A stretch of DNA of 63,886 nt, filler included, from Atractiella rhizophila (GCA_021432655.1; 14 parts of 14 records of this genome joined end to end with filler, not necessarily neighbours in it), one strand, 5' to 3'. Numbered from the whole stretch's first letter, positions 38,992-51,844 are shown. A program made the numbers and translations. Notes: generated by a model not told the origin, from the letters alone.

Positions 38992-39256
38992 CGTTCAGCA
39001 ACACCATTCTGTTGAGGAGATGCTGTAGCAGTCTGCTGACGAATGATTCCGGATTCTTTGAGAAATGCGTCAAATTCGAGGGAGGTGCATTCTCCCCCTA
39101 CATCATCTCTGATTTTCTTGAGCTGCTGTCCAGTCTGCTTCTCTGCCATCGTCTTGAAGTCACGAAAAGCTTGATATGCTTCGCTTTTCTTTCGGAGAAG
39201 GTTTACCCATGGGAATCGGGAATGGTCATCTACAGAGGTCATCCAATATCGAAATC
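38992..39256 (-). mobile_element. Ty1/Copia integrase core fragment
   Basis: GFRYWMTSVDDHSRFPWVNLLRKKSEA...KKIRDDVGGE...GIIRQQT...PQQNGVAER. Confidence 0.93.
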
Positions 39257-39909
39257 CCCTAACCCTAACCCTCATTCTTCCTATGCTGCAGCTCGACCAT
39301 CCCCATACTGCAAATGCAATTTGCCAGGCCTTGCCAATTTGCTAAATGGATGATGTATTCATGAATTGGTGCCAGCATGTGAAATCGTGAGGAGTGTGTA
39401 AGAATATCCTCAACATTTTCAGCAAGTCCGACCTTTAAGATTGAGGTGACAAGCACAGAAGCATCCTCTGAATGGGGAAGGCTTGAGTTATTGCCAAAGG
39501 TGATAACGTCATCAGCCAGAAGACCATCAGGGGTCCAAGATAGAAGGGCATAGTTAAAAGCACTGAGATCTTCATTCTTCCTGAGCAGAGGTGAATTGAA
39601 TGAAAGGAGAGCAAAGTTGCAAGGGTGTGTGTCTCTTTGCTGTCTTCGTTCCGGAGTACATTGGTTTTCTTCGCCTCCCATCCACCCACCAAAACCCTTA
39701 GCTCCTTGGTGGATTCTTCATTGGCACAAAGAATGAAGAGCTTGATAGACAAGGCATGAAGATCCAGCTCGGGAACCATGTCCTCGACTAGCTGGTCATC
39801 ATCCTCGTGACCCACGATGGGAAAGGCCCGAAGGAGTGAGATAGCCTGCTGGGTTCTCTGCCAGGATGACGATGCAGGAAACGGAGACGGGTTAGCATTT
39901 TGTTCGCGA

Positions 39910-40240
39910 GAGCGATTCGATGGCTGTTGGGGACATTGACGGCTTTTGAATACTTGTGGTTGAGGTGATGCTCTTTCGTATCAATCGTTTCATGCCGCTT
40001 CAGATCCCATAGTCGTTTGAATGTTTTTCGACATATCTGGCTCGCGTGGAATACGACCAGTGTGCTTGCATTGTCAGTTCAAGAAAGAGGGCAGCCTCGC
40101 ATGCGTGTGGTCTGAAGGGAGTGTGTACGCGAAGAAGAGCCCTACGCTGCCTGAGACCTGAGACATGTACTCCACAGTTCTTCCATTTGCAACTGTCGGT
40201 CACAACATGATCTTCACAACGATGATTGTATAGCAGTTTT
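39910..40240 (-). pseudogene. RIM101: Degenerate PacC/Rim101 zinc-finger fragment
   Basis: LYNHRCEDHV...CKWKNC...LRVHTPFRPHACE / ICRKTFKRLWDLKRHETIDTKEHHLNHKYSKAVNV. Two His zinc ligands are substituted, the GRKSTNNL linker is missing, and the donor is GC. Confidence 0.75.
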
Positions 40241-40560
40241 CTGTCCCCAATAAGTCAGATCAAACGTTCCAAACGAATACGAGGCACTCCGCGGTCATTT
40301 CAGTACAGCCTATGTACCAACCTACAAACGGCCATTCTCATGGACAACCTTATACATCTTCGATGAACACGCATATTACTGTGCACAAATTGGCGATTTC
40401 TACTTCTACTCCGATGAGAGTATGAAAGAAAAGGTGTGGCCAGATCTAAGCTTCAAACTTACCCGCATAGGATCATTTTTTGTCAGCTTTAAGGAGGAGC
40501 ATCTGTGCCCTTTCATCCTTTCCATATTCTGTTTCTAAACTTCTACTCTCAAACCACAAA

Positions 40561-41067
40561 ATGAAGTTGGTGCCATTCGACCATCTGTTTCCTCATTGAC
40601 AAGGACGATAGCCCCAACAAAAAGCTCTATGTGGGAAACGTCCCCTACAATCTCGACCACACCACACTACAAACACTCTTCGTGCAGCATGGGGCAATTC
40701 AAGATTGCGTGATTATGGTGGAGAAAGAGACTAACAAGAGCAGAGGCTATGGTTTCGTCACCTTTCGGGACCAGGAAGATGCAGTGAAAGCTTGTACGCC
40801 ACTTCGTTGATCACAACGTGTCAACCATCCGTTTTTTTAACAGGTACATGCTTGAATGGTTTCCTCATCGTCAGTCTCCTTCTTTCAGCCTCTCCAGCAC
40901 TGACTCGAGGACAAGGGTAAGAACCACTTTGCGCCACCCTGTCAAAACTGAGTAATCATTCAGACGGCAGAGCACTCGTTGTTGACTTCGCTGTAGGTTA
41001 ATCTCCATCATCCCGATTCTAATGTTAACCTTCTTCGCAGGATGCAAGCCGCGAAAAGCAAAAATAA
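40561..41067 (+). CDS. Small single-RRM RNA-binding protein (about 89 aa), 5 introns
   Basis: MNPNKKLYVGNV (RNP2) ... SRGYGFVTF (RNP1) ... CLNGFLIDGRALVVDFADASREKQK*. Introns at 40566-40611, 40794-40843, 40870-40915, 40917-40963 and 40993-41040. Absent from the ORF track. Confidence 0.85.
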
Positions 41068-43785
41068 GGCAAAAGGTCTTGTGTGTGGCGTGCAAGTGAG
41101 CCACTCCCTCCATTCTTCATGCAGCGTAGGGTAAAGAAAAAGGCATCAGAGACGCTTCACTCCCAAAACCTTCCCCAGGAAGAAACTAAAACGAAATCGA
41201 ATAACGATGTGTTCCTCCTTCTGCTCATCTTTCTCTGCTTCAGTTCATTCTCATTGTTTTACTCAAATCAATCTTCGATTCCAACTAAACCTTTCCTCTG
41301 CATTCAAAACTTCATCTACTCAGTGCCAAATTCCGTTTTTATATTTTATCGGCTTTCTTGGGGACAGTTTGGAGAGGTCTTTGTTAGATAACTGGGACTA
41401 ATATGTTGGGATGCTGGCTCTCAAACTGCTGGGTCAATAGCCTTGATCAGGAGTGAGTACGATGTGTTACAACAATCCTGAGGTCGGAATCCAGTGCATG
41501 CATAACTATGAAGGTTGATAAGCTGTCAAGGACTGAATGCAGGAGCGCAAAAACCCGCATTCATGGCTAGCGCTCCTTCATTATGATGACGAAGGCATGA
41601 GCGTGGCTGAGCATTGGGCAAACCGGTGATGGGAACGCGACAGCAATAACATCGGGATATAGAGGGGAATCCTGGGACGGACAGATTGTTCTTCGTGATA
41701 TTCCATGAAGACAATTGCCATAAAATTTCACGTTCATATGTGAAGCAATCGATCTGATATGGCCAACGAGGAAAATTTCCGCGCACACCTCTCACAGCAA
41801 CTTAAGGCACTCCGTAAAGGTTTCGTCGTATCATCCTGTAATGCTTTTTGCGTCCTCCGAACTCTTCGGTGTGTCTGATTGAATCAAACAGACTTAGCAT
41901 GGTTGGGGGTTGTTCATCCGTCTAATTCCAGACCGTCCTTGTTGCCGGTTGAACCCTTGAGCTCCGCCATCTTTTCCGTCAAGAATAATTTCTGGGCCTA
42001 CAGGAGTCGAATCCCAAAATATTCTGTGAACGATGCGGCGCAGATGATGTTTCGGCCAGTCAGAAAGTTCCGAACCAGCGAGGTCAAGCTTGCCAAAAGC
42101 ACTACGGATATCTGAAGCGTTGTGGGTGGCATCCGGAATGTTTGGGTGAACAGCGACAAGAGCGTACTACCTTGGATTTCTCTTGATCCTCTACAATTCG
42201 ACTAACGATGTCGGAGGGCTAGAATCGCGAATGCCAATCTACTGATTAGCCGTCCTACAAAGCTCTCTGCAGAGTATTAGCGATCGTTGTGAAGACATTG
42301 ACAAATGGAGAAAACGTGTGTATACCCTTACCAGCTCGCCACATCTACGAACTAAAGTGGTTATTACAACCAAAAATTCCTTTACATTCTTAGGATTCAG
42401 TCTTTGTGAGCTCTCCTGCTCTCGTCCATCAGTCAATTCAACTTCATCGGCATTGCCTCCTGCTCGGCCTGTTCATCCTTCCATCGTCAGAGAAAGAGCC
42501 CGAGGGAACGCCTATCGAAAGCGAAGTGGTGCCTTGAACCGCATCGCTGATAAAAAAGGGTATTACTTTGAAAGTCCTCATGCCTTGGATATGAGGAAGA
42601 CACACGCGGTGAACTTGATGGATGCTGTTGGCATTCGATGGGAGACGAGTTTGGGTTCAGTTTTGTGGACCGGATTGAGCGATGACTGTTTGATCGGGTT
42701 TGATGGGAATGATCGAAGACGGGAAAGGATGGTGGAGAAGGAAAAGGAAATGATGATGTGGCTTGAGAGTATTATTTTGCGTAATCTGTATGACCTGATC
42801 GGAACATTCCATGTGACAGACGAAGGATACTCCTCTCTTGAATAAATTGCTCGGAACAGATGAACCACACCCAAACGCATTTACTGGTGAGTTGAGTTGA
42901 GTACTTGCTCGACACAAACCTCGTAAAATAGTGTCGTACTGCAAATAGCCTTCCTTGCCGTTGTCCCTCAATTCTTGGCGGTCGAGGGTGAGACGGTGGT
43001 ATCCATCTCCGTTTCTATACCGCGTACCTTTGGGGGGGGTGCGCATGGTTTTCGCCTTCTCTAATTGGAGAATAAAGAACGGCTGTCTTTGGATCCGGAG
43101 GATGCTAGCTGCGAGGAGGAAAATTGGAAGTGGGAAGCATATTTGTCAGGCTGGTTGCCCAATGCCAACATGAGAGCCCTAAGGGAGAAATGAACAAACC
43201 CTCTAACGAAGGAGAGAGGGGAAGACCAGGTACCCGAGGTCGGACCGGCATAGGAGAGCCAGGCATGGGAGGAGAACCATCTCGAGGGTAAATGGAAGTG
43301 AAGAGAGGTGGTTCCGTACGTTAACTTCTGCTCTGACCTGAGCTATGTAATGATGGTTATGAGATATAAGTGTGTCAATGGCCTTCGTCCCTCCGGCCCC
43401 AACCCACTTGCAAGGGCATGGCCCCTTGAACCCTACTTTGAATGTTGTCAGGGTTCGAGTCCAGTATGAAACACATTTTTTTACACGCTCACAATAAAAT
43501 TTTCCCGCGACTTCAGAAAGGCGCAAGCATATACAGCAAGGTGGTGTAATTCATTTCGTTTCAATGTGCGTGCTGAGGGAGGTATGAACGCTCAGCGTTT
43601 TATGACTCATGAGAAGAATGGATGGCTTTTAGAGGTAAGGACAAGTGTATCACTGCCCTCATCCCTCGGGCATCCCCCCCCCGCCNNNNNNNNNNNNNNN
43701 NNNNNNNNNNNNNNNNNNNNNNNNNNNNNTTAATTAATTAANNNNNNNNNNNNNNNNNNNNNNNNNNNNNNNNNNNNNNNNNNNN

Positions 43786-43879
43786 GGTAGAGACGGGTTC
43801 CTTTGTGCTAGGCGCACGCCAAAAAAGACGGGAACGTCGCACGGGTTCCGAACCCGTCCCGCCCCGTTGTGCATCCCTA
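43786..43879 (-). mobile_element. hAT-type transposon terminus at contig edge
   Basis: Reverse complement reads TAGGGATGCACAACGGGG from 43879, with ACGGG/CCCGT subterminal repeats. Confidence 0.78.
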
Positions 43880-44279
43880 GAGTCTTCCAGTGCTGTCAAT
43901 TTGATTGAGCATTGTCGAGGGGCCATTGAAAATTGACAAGTACATAGTGGGACACTTGACGTTAAAAGTAACAACTTGGTCTCCCTGTCCCCTCGAAGCA
44001 CCACTTCTATGAAAAAATGGTGGAGAGATAGAATTCCATATGGAGGGTTGATTTACGGAGGGAAGGACGAGTCTTCGAGCACTCTGTGCATAATTTTTGT
44101 AAATAGCTTGCAGAATCTCAGTCAGGCTGTATATATCTACCATTATGAAATCTGAATTGGGGAATTAAAATGATAAACTGAAGTAATATAGTTTGCTAGA
44201 CGAAGAATACTGCTGCATTCAAGCGATAAAACAGTCACCAAAACAAGTTATTGTAATGCTAATAAACTGAGCCTAGGGG

Positions 44280-47245
44280 ATACATATCCTCACTCTGATC
44301 TGCATCTCCTTCGATAAGAGCCTTGTCTGCCTCCGACTCAGGGACTGGGCATATAGGTGCATCAGAGTGATGATGGTGAAGAACCCAGATGAAGGTTCTT
44401 CCCTCACCATCTTCTGCTTGAAAGATCCCGATCAAGCGCTTCATCTGATTGAGAGGCACCAGTCGGAGTTCGTTGCTCCATTGGCAAAGTTTTCGCTCCT
44501 GAAAAGGTTTCGGTATTTAGTGAAGAGCTGAGTGAGTACGAAGAGCTTGTCAGTGGCTTGGTCCAGTTTCCTGCGGGGTTTGCGCCGGCCCCACTTCACG
44601 ACGACCTGCACCCTCTCCTGCACAAATCTCAAACCCTGCCATGATGCGCATTTCTGTTCCCATGTTTATGTTTTGCTACTGATCACAATGCCCTCTCCAA
44701 AGGTATGGAGTGTGAGGTCATTAATGCAGCAAGACTTTCGCACAGAATCCAGGAGGGCTCTTCCCGATTCTTTGCGAAATGAGCGGAGACCTACCACCCT
44801 TACCGGATCTCCTTAATCAGCTAAGTTATTCTGCTTCACCTCCAGTTTCCATTTCTTCACCCCCTTCCTTTTCATCTCCTTCTCTCCCCGCTTCCCCCAT
44901 CACAGGCTCCCCAACTGCTCAGGTCACTCCTTATCAAAACCCATTTCTCACTTCTTCTGTCACCAAGTCTCCTAACACTGACGAACCACAATATGTGAAC
45001 AGCTACTCCGACGACACGAGCGAAGCTTCTTACCAAAACCTTCATCACCTTCTCTCCTTCGCGTCTACCAATACAACGCCCAAAAGTCTTTATCTGCATT
45101 TCATTCGCTCCTTTCAGATGCTCACTCCAATTTCGATCTTCTGCTAATCCAAGAACTATACATCACATCGGGGAACTCTCTGCTTTTTTCCATCGGAAAG
45201 CGCCGTTTTTCTACCTCCTTGTCTGCACGGTCAGTCATTCTCGTGAACGCCAACACGAGATCCGGATCCAGTACCCACCCCGTAACATCTCCGTCTCCCG
45301 AAATCTCTGCGGTCAAGATCGACTTCCCACCATTGACCTTTATCTTTGTTAACATTTACAATGCCGCCGACCTCATGTCTGAGACATTAAACACTTTAAA
45401 TTTGTTCATTCAACAACTCAGAAGGGAATACGCTTCTATCGAAAACTTTCTGCTTTATGTCGGAGGAGACTTCAACCTACACCACAATCTCTGGAACCAG
45501 GAAGGCTACTTTAGACGAGACCCTAAGACGGATGACTTACTAGAAAGGTTAACGGAAGAAGGACTGGAACTTAGGTCAGAACAAGGCATCATCACTTGGG
45601 CAGCAAGGGAGTCTCAAACGGTCATCGACTTGGTGTTCTTGAACACTGAAGCCGAAGACCTAGTAGAGCAATGCATAACCTCCCATGATCCCGATGAACC
45701 ATCGTTCTGACCATTTCCCCATCCTGACCACTTTTAACCTCAACAAGCAAGCTCCGTCAATGCTGCGCAGATTCAACCTCTCCAAGGCTAACTGGGAGAA
45801 GATGGCGGAAGAAGTAGAAAATGGATTAGGAAAGTACCCCTTTAACACAGAGATTCCTCTGAGGGATAGGGAGGACATTGACCTAGCAGTTGAACACCTC
45901 ACCAAATCGATCCAAAAAGCACTGGAGGTGTCGACATCAACGGTGAAGGTATCGAAGTTTTCCAAAAGATGGTGGGACGAGGAACTCTCAGAGCTCCGTG
46001 CTTGGGCTGGGAAGCGACGAAACAGGTTCCAAAAAACGAAAGACGGACGGGACTATGATTTGTGGCAAAGTTCCCTGCGTCATTTTCGAAGTGCAGTCCA
46101 AGCGCAAAAGCGTTCGCACTGGAACAATTTTCTCACATGCCTAGATGAGAAGTCCTTATGGACTGCTTCAGCATATGCCAAGCATGAAGAACGAGAGCGA
46201 CAAATTCCATCGCTTAAGAATCCAGACAACACGTTCACCATTGATAACCAAGAGAAAGCGAGGATCTTCCACGACACCTTCAGCGCTATGCACCCCAACC
46301 CTCTACTCGAAGATCTAGAATATGTTCAAGAGACACCAGAGGACCACATTTTCTTTGGAGATATCGAAATCCAAGAGCTAGACAGATACATCGAAAACGC
46401 AAAAGCAAAGTCAGATCCTGGTGACGACCGAATCTCAAATATGGTGCTCAAGGAACTTTGGCCTACTATTAGAGAAGTCCTATTCCACATTATCTCCTCT
46501 TCATATTCGATCAACTACTACCCACAAAAGTGGAAGAGCTTTACAACGGCAATATTAAGAAAGCCAAAAAAGCCAGATTATACGGTTCCAAAAGCTTCCC
46601 GCCCAATAACCCTTCTAAAATGCCTTGCTAAAGCATTTGATGGGGTCCTAGCATCGAAATTGGCTTTTTTTACCGAGAAACACGAGCTTCTTCCTCCGCA
46701 ACACTTTGGGGGCAGAGCTGGAAGGAGCAGCACTGATGCCCTGTTAACAGTGGTTGAATTCGTAATGGATGGCTGGCGGAAAGGGGAAGTGACAGCTGCC
46801 GCCTTCTTAGACGTTAAAGGAGCTTTCCCGTCAGTCATCCATCCCCGCCTTGTCTCCAATCTTCTCAAAGCCAAGGTTGACCCTCTCTTCTGTGGCATGA
46901 TCGAAACCTGGCTGGAGGGACGAAAGGGACGATCAACATCCTACTCCTTCGACGGGTTCAGTTCGAACCAGCTCGAAATCAAGATTAGGCTAGTACAGGG
47001 GTTTCCCTTATCCCCCATTCTCTTTCTATTCTACAATGCCCCCTTACTTAAGCTAGCTGTCCAACACAACTCACTTTCAGCTGGCTTCATTGACGACGTA
47101 TCTTTCATGATCAGATCGTCCTCATTGGCCCTGGCCATCCGGGATCTGGAAAGTATCCTTGACAAGGCAGAGGGATGGGGAGAAGAACATGGAGCACTGT
47201 TCGAAAGAGACAAAACTAAGTTTGTTCTGTTCACTCGAAACCTCT
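44280..47245 (+). mobile_element. Non-LTR retrotransposon (Tad1-like LINE): ORF1 end, APE endonuclease and reverse transcriptase; frameshifted and truncated
   Basis: ORF1 knuckle remnant CGVCAG(P/H)..C near 44570. APE motifs LRVYQYN, LLIQE, GDFNLHH, IDLVF, SDHFPI, with a frameshift near 45690. RT motifs KPKKPDY..RPITLL, HFGGR, LDVKGAF, QGFPLSP, FIDD. Confidence 0.93.
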
Positions 47246-47327
47246 TCATTAAATTAATTACCCTGGCCACCTGTCCCACAGAAGGAAAGTTTGACCCGCT
47301 CTTTGACTTTCAATTTATTCTCTCAAC

Positions 47328-48014
47328 ATGTTCGTAAAACACCCTCAGCTTCATTTCTAGCTGCTTCTTCGTAAACTTGTCCAGATCACTCCTCCAGATT
47401 CTTCATGCTCAACAATCTGAACACCTATTTTCTTCCGAAGTGGTACGTAAGTTTAGAGATTATTCGATAAATGAATGGTTCTGACCAAAAGCTACAGTTC
47501 TTCATCCTTCGTTGAGTCGTCCCATCCAGACAACTTCTGGTCCTCCAGACCACCTCTCCCGCCTCCATCTGGAGCGTCCCATCTCTCCTCACTCACAATT
47601 TACCAACCCCAACTGACATGGTACTCTTGCATTTTTAATCGTGTGACCGGTGTCGCCTTTTTGACAGCCCTTTACGGCTTTTCAATCGGCTACCTTAGGG
47701 GAATCTGGGACGGTAATACGTTCATCCCTCGTCGCTGACTTTCCGGAGTGCTGGAAGGTGCTCGGGAAAGGCACGCTTGCGTTGCCTTTCTGGTCCCATA
47801 CCTGGAATGGCTTCAGGCATTTAGGATTGGATCTCAGATATTGTGCGTCTTCTTAGATCAAATGGTGCAGACTCATTGGTCGCTCATTGGTCATGAATGT
47901 AGTTCTGAATCTGAAAACGAGCTATACCGCGGGTATACCGTCATTGGTCTCACTGCGGTTACAGCTGTCACCACCGCTCTGCTGCGAGAGCAGTTGCAAG
48001 CCGGATGGGAATAA
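47328..48014 (+). pseudogene. SDH3: Succinate dehydrogenase cytochrome b560 subunit pseudogene (introns retained)
   Basis: RPISPH / TIYQPQLTW...NRVTG...LYGF / LPFWSHTWNGFRHL..D / GYTVIGL. Linking these blocks needs frameshifts near 47592, 47724 and 47932. Confidence 0.85.
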
Positions 48015-48575
48015 GAGACAGTTGTAGATTCTTTGTGCACAATGAACAAAACACTTCCTTTCTGAAGAGGCCGCCGTTAACGTTGCGGCAAATCACCATG
48101 AAAGGTTACCCAGACATGGACTGAGACTGTATGGGCAGAGTCATGACTAAAATTGCATGGGAAGTGCATAATACAACCTGAATCACCATTTTTCCTGCAT
48201 GTAGGACAAACTTTCAGAAATACCTGATGATCAGCTTCACGTAACGTCATTAATAAGTAAATAGATGAGTCGGAACTGTTCATCGTAAAGATCACGGTCC
48301 TTCTGCAGGGTTGAATGAAAAGAATCAGGAGGCTACTCCTCCGCTGATTCACTTGATTCACCCCTTGCTCCTCCTTCTGCAATACTATCAATTTGAACCA
48401 AAATGGACGTCGCCATGCCGATGACACAGAGAGCCCATCCAGTGGCAGCAAGCACGATCCCAGCCACGGCAAACCNNNNNNNNNNNNNNNNNNNNNNNNN
48501 NNNNNNNNNNNNNNNNNNNTTAATTAATTAANNNNNNNNNNNNNNNNNNNNNNNNNNNNNNNNNNNNNNNNNNNN

Positions 48576-48928
48576 TTCCCCAACCCTGCCCTCCCACCTC
48601 TTTTCGAAGCATCCCAAAACAATCGCGCATGATCCCTTGAGACAGCCTTGATAGGGCCAAGGTCGACATCTGGCTGTTTGGGTCCCTCTAAGCTCTCATC
48701 CTTGACTTTCTCATCTGACGCATCCACCAGAGCTCCTTCTCCAGGGACCTGAGACTTAAGCGCTCGTCCGATTGAAACAGAGGTCGTCTTGATGTACCAA
48801 TTATGATTAGGAAATTCGAGTTTGGCATAGGCTCTAATGAGTTCGGGTGTTTGGGCCTGAAGGCTCCCTTCCCCGTCGACATTGCTGCCGGCAGGAGAAC
48901 CGTTCAGCGTCTCGCTCTCTTCCTTCAT
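48576..48928 (-). CDS. FHL1: FHA-domain forkhead factor N-terminus (Fhl1-like), 3' truncated
   Basis: IRAYAKLEFPNHNWYIKTTSVSIGR...VDLGPIKAVSRDHARL. Confidence 0.75.
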
Positions 48929-49634
48929 CGCGCATCCCAAATTTCTAATTCGTTCACTTCCGTCAAAGTTTTTAGGATTATCCTTTCGCTGTGCAGTATC
49001 CCGTAATCGAGTTTCGCGGGAGAGGCGAGAGCAGCAAAAGTGCTAGGGATAGTGTGAAATTGTTGACTTCGTCGTTTGTTCACGTTTCTGATCAAATTCG
49101 GTACCGACCATTCCGTCCGCCTTGAATTTCCTGTTCCTTATTTGCTGAACTAAGGCGTATATGTGCCATAGAATATCATTTATATCATGGTTGACGAGGA
49201 CCTCGTCAAAGGATGAGAGGCAGATACTAAGCAGTTTCTACGGATCCTTACAATTAACTTGGACACTCGTGGGCGCTAAAGCGATATCAGGGGAAGATCT
49301 TTGCTGAAGCAGTGATGACACACGCTTTTCTAGCAGATCAAAGCCATCAGGGGAAGTCCGGATGATGTTTTCTAGAAGTATTCCTCTTCCCATCCCAATG
49401 ATCAATGAGTGATGTTCTTTCGCATCCCGCCGTTCCTTTAAATATTTTGGCGGGAAGACAGAAAGGGGTTTCGTGAATCTTCGCGCTAATAAAGCGTCTC
49501 ATTTCTGTTTATCCAGTTACTTCTACCACCACCTGCAGGCTCAGGATAACACAATCAAGTCGTTGAGCTCCGATCGAAGGTACGTAGCCTGAAACTCACA
49601 AGGTGTCCGGCTAGCAGCTCTGATTCTGCTTGTC

Positions 49635-50878
49635 ATGGCTGGTGTATTCATTTCACTCACTGTCGGCTGGCTCTCGATGGTCGAAGCCGCTCCAGCAGCA
49701 AGGCTTCCGGTTCCCACTTGTACTTCTGAATGCTCAGCAGTCTCGCCAGCCTACTCGACGGCACACCTTCCACCTTTGACTCAAATCCTCAAGCCCAACA
49801 ATACCGCTGTTGCTCTTCCGCATCATGTCTACCAGGGATCAAGCTCCAATCTCTCTCCCCAATCCACGAACGGGTTCACCAATCAATTCTGGTCCCTGCC
49901 TCCCTCATTTACACTTTCTGATCTTCCCGCTGCCTTCAACTTCAGTGAATGGACTTGGGGACAGTCGAACGTTCAAGTTATCGATCGTATTCCTAATAAT
50001 TCTACGAATTTCGAACCAACATCGACGAAAGTTTCTAATCCTTCGACGGCTTCGACATCACAGAAAGAGAAGGGTTCTATCATTCAAGTCCTCTTCCCAC
50101 AAGGTAGCGTGAACCCAGGAAATGATCACGCGCCAATTGGTGGAGCGGGATTTTACAGCCAACCACGTACATCACACTCTAGCCTTACAATAGTACACAG
50201 TGCTGAAAGATTCTCAATGAACAGTGAACCTGTCGAACGCGGTGGAGGTTACGCTCAGCTACCGCGTCTTCTTTCCGGCCAACTTTTCCTTCGAGAAAGG
50301 TGGCAAGCTTCCCGGTCTTTACGGGGGACATCCCTCTTGTTCCGGAGGAAGAGATAGCGAATCTTGTTTCTCTACACGGCTCATGTGGCGGAAGGAGGGG
50401 GATGGGGAGCTCTACCTCTATCTCCCAAAGAATGATCAGGACCCCGAGCTATGTCAGCTGAAGCCCAAGAGTGTTTGTGAAGGAGAGTACGGACTGAGTC
50501 TAGGGAGAGGGAGTTGGAGGTTCAAGACTGGAGAGTGGACTGAAGTCTTGCAGAAAGTAACGCTGAATACGCCTGGAAGAAGGGATGGGAGCTTTGTCAT
50601 CATGGCGGATGGGAGTGAGCGTCTCCTTGGTGCAGCCTGAAGGCTACCCTGACAAGAAAGGATAGAGCAAGTCCTTGGATTCGACAGAGTGTTCTATCGA
50701 CATGACGACTCGGTGCGGTTTTCGGGGATTATGTTCCAAACTTTCTTCGGAGGTCATGATCCTGATTATGGTACGTTATTACCTTTCTCATGGAATAGAT
50801 GCTAATCATCACACAGCGTCTCCTGTAAATCAATACGCATATTTTGATAAATTTACACTTGCAATCAATGACAAATGA
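49635..50878 (+). CDS. Secreted polysaccharide lyase family 14
   Basis: Signal-like N-terminus; FPQGSVNP, GGAGFY, GGKLPGLYGG, CFSTRLMWR, GELYLY, YGLSLGRG, FQTFFGG; 3 introns. Confidence 0.9.
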
Positions 50879-51844
50879 ACATCTCTACTCCTTCTCATCC
50901 ACCTATGACCTCTAATGTGAAGTTAGACCCTATAGTCGCACTGCCTGGATCTCAAATCCAAACATAAAAGAAGCCAGTAATATGTCAGTCGGCAGTAATT
51001 CGGACTTGACACCGAACTTGGGAGGCAGAAATTACGCGAAGGTGTCAAGACTTATTGCAATAAAGCACCTTTAGGACGAGTATGAACTGTGCCCTATTAC
51101 TGGGCTAGTAACAATACTCGCCAATTGTCATCAGTTACACGAATGACTCTAAACAACGCCTCTGGGCTTAGCAAGCGTTGATAGCTTCGTTTTTGCAAGT
51201 GCTTCCACACAGTAGTCTTCTCTGTTCGCAACATACTTTTTTGCTCATATTGTTGCCTTGGCTCTTTCAAGCCAGGCAACTGCACGACATTGATAATAGC
51301 CAGATGCTTGTAAAGCAGCCTCATGTATCCTACTACTAAATACTGAAATACGCATCTGCCGGAGTGACCTCTTACATGACCCACGAATGGAGACTTTGCT
51401 CCAAACTCTCTCGAAAGCGATAATTCGAGACGTCTCAGAGAGTTGAATTCCCTTCTCTTGCTCCTTGGGTGTTTGCTTCGTCAAATTACAGTAGACCCGA
51501 TAACATACTGCTCAGAAAGGTTAGTCGATCCTTGGTCGATCAATCCATGCAGAGGATTGCCGACGACGAATTCCGCAAGATTCTAAAAAGCTTCCACCAT
51601 TGCAGCAACGACTGGAGCGTGTACCTGGCAAAGACACATCCAGGCCATAGACTCAGTCAGGCTTGCTGGAGTCTAGAAAAGAAAAGATCCAGGAATTATT
51701 GAGTGAGTTTTTCATTAAGTGGCTCTGAAGAAAACGGGTTCATTCGGGACTTCGTGGAAGGAACGACACTGTGTGCTCGGACCTCTTTCCTATCTCTCTT
51801 TTTCGCAAAGACACAGAAGCACCTGAGAAGCACCGAAGTACACC

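Noticed and set aside
42860..43300. Possible LINE 3' remnant on the minus strand
   Set aside because: Only a vague resemblance; no diagnostic motif could be read.
43451..43462. GGGTTCGAGTCC as a tRNA or SINE B-box
   Set aside because: No convincing A-box, acceptor stem or cloverleaf nearby.
48077..48475. CPTCRK...CIMHFP as a Helitron Rep fragment
   Set aside because: A single weak motif without flanking support.
51005..51049. 9-bp inverted repeat CTTGACACC/GGTGTCAAG
   Set aside because: Short enough to be chance; no supporting structure or TSD.
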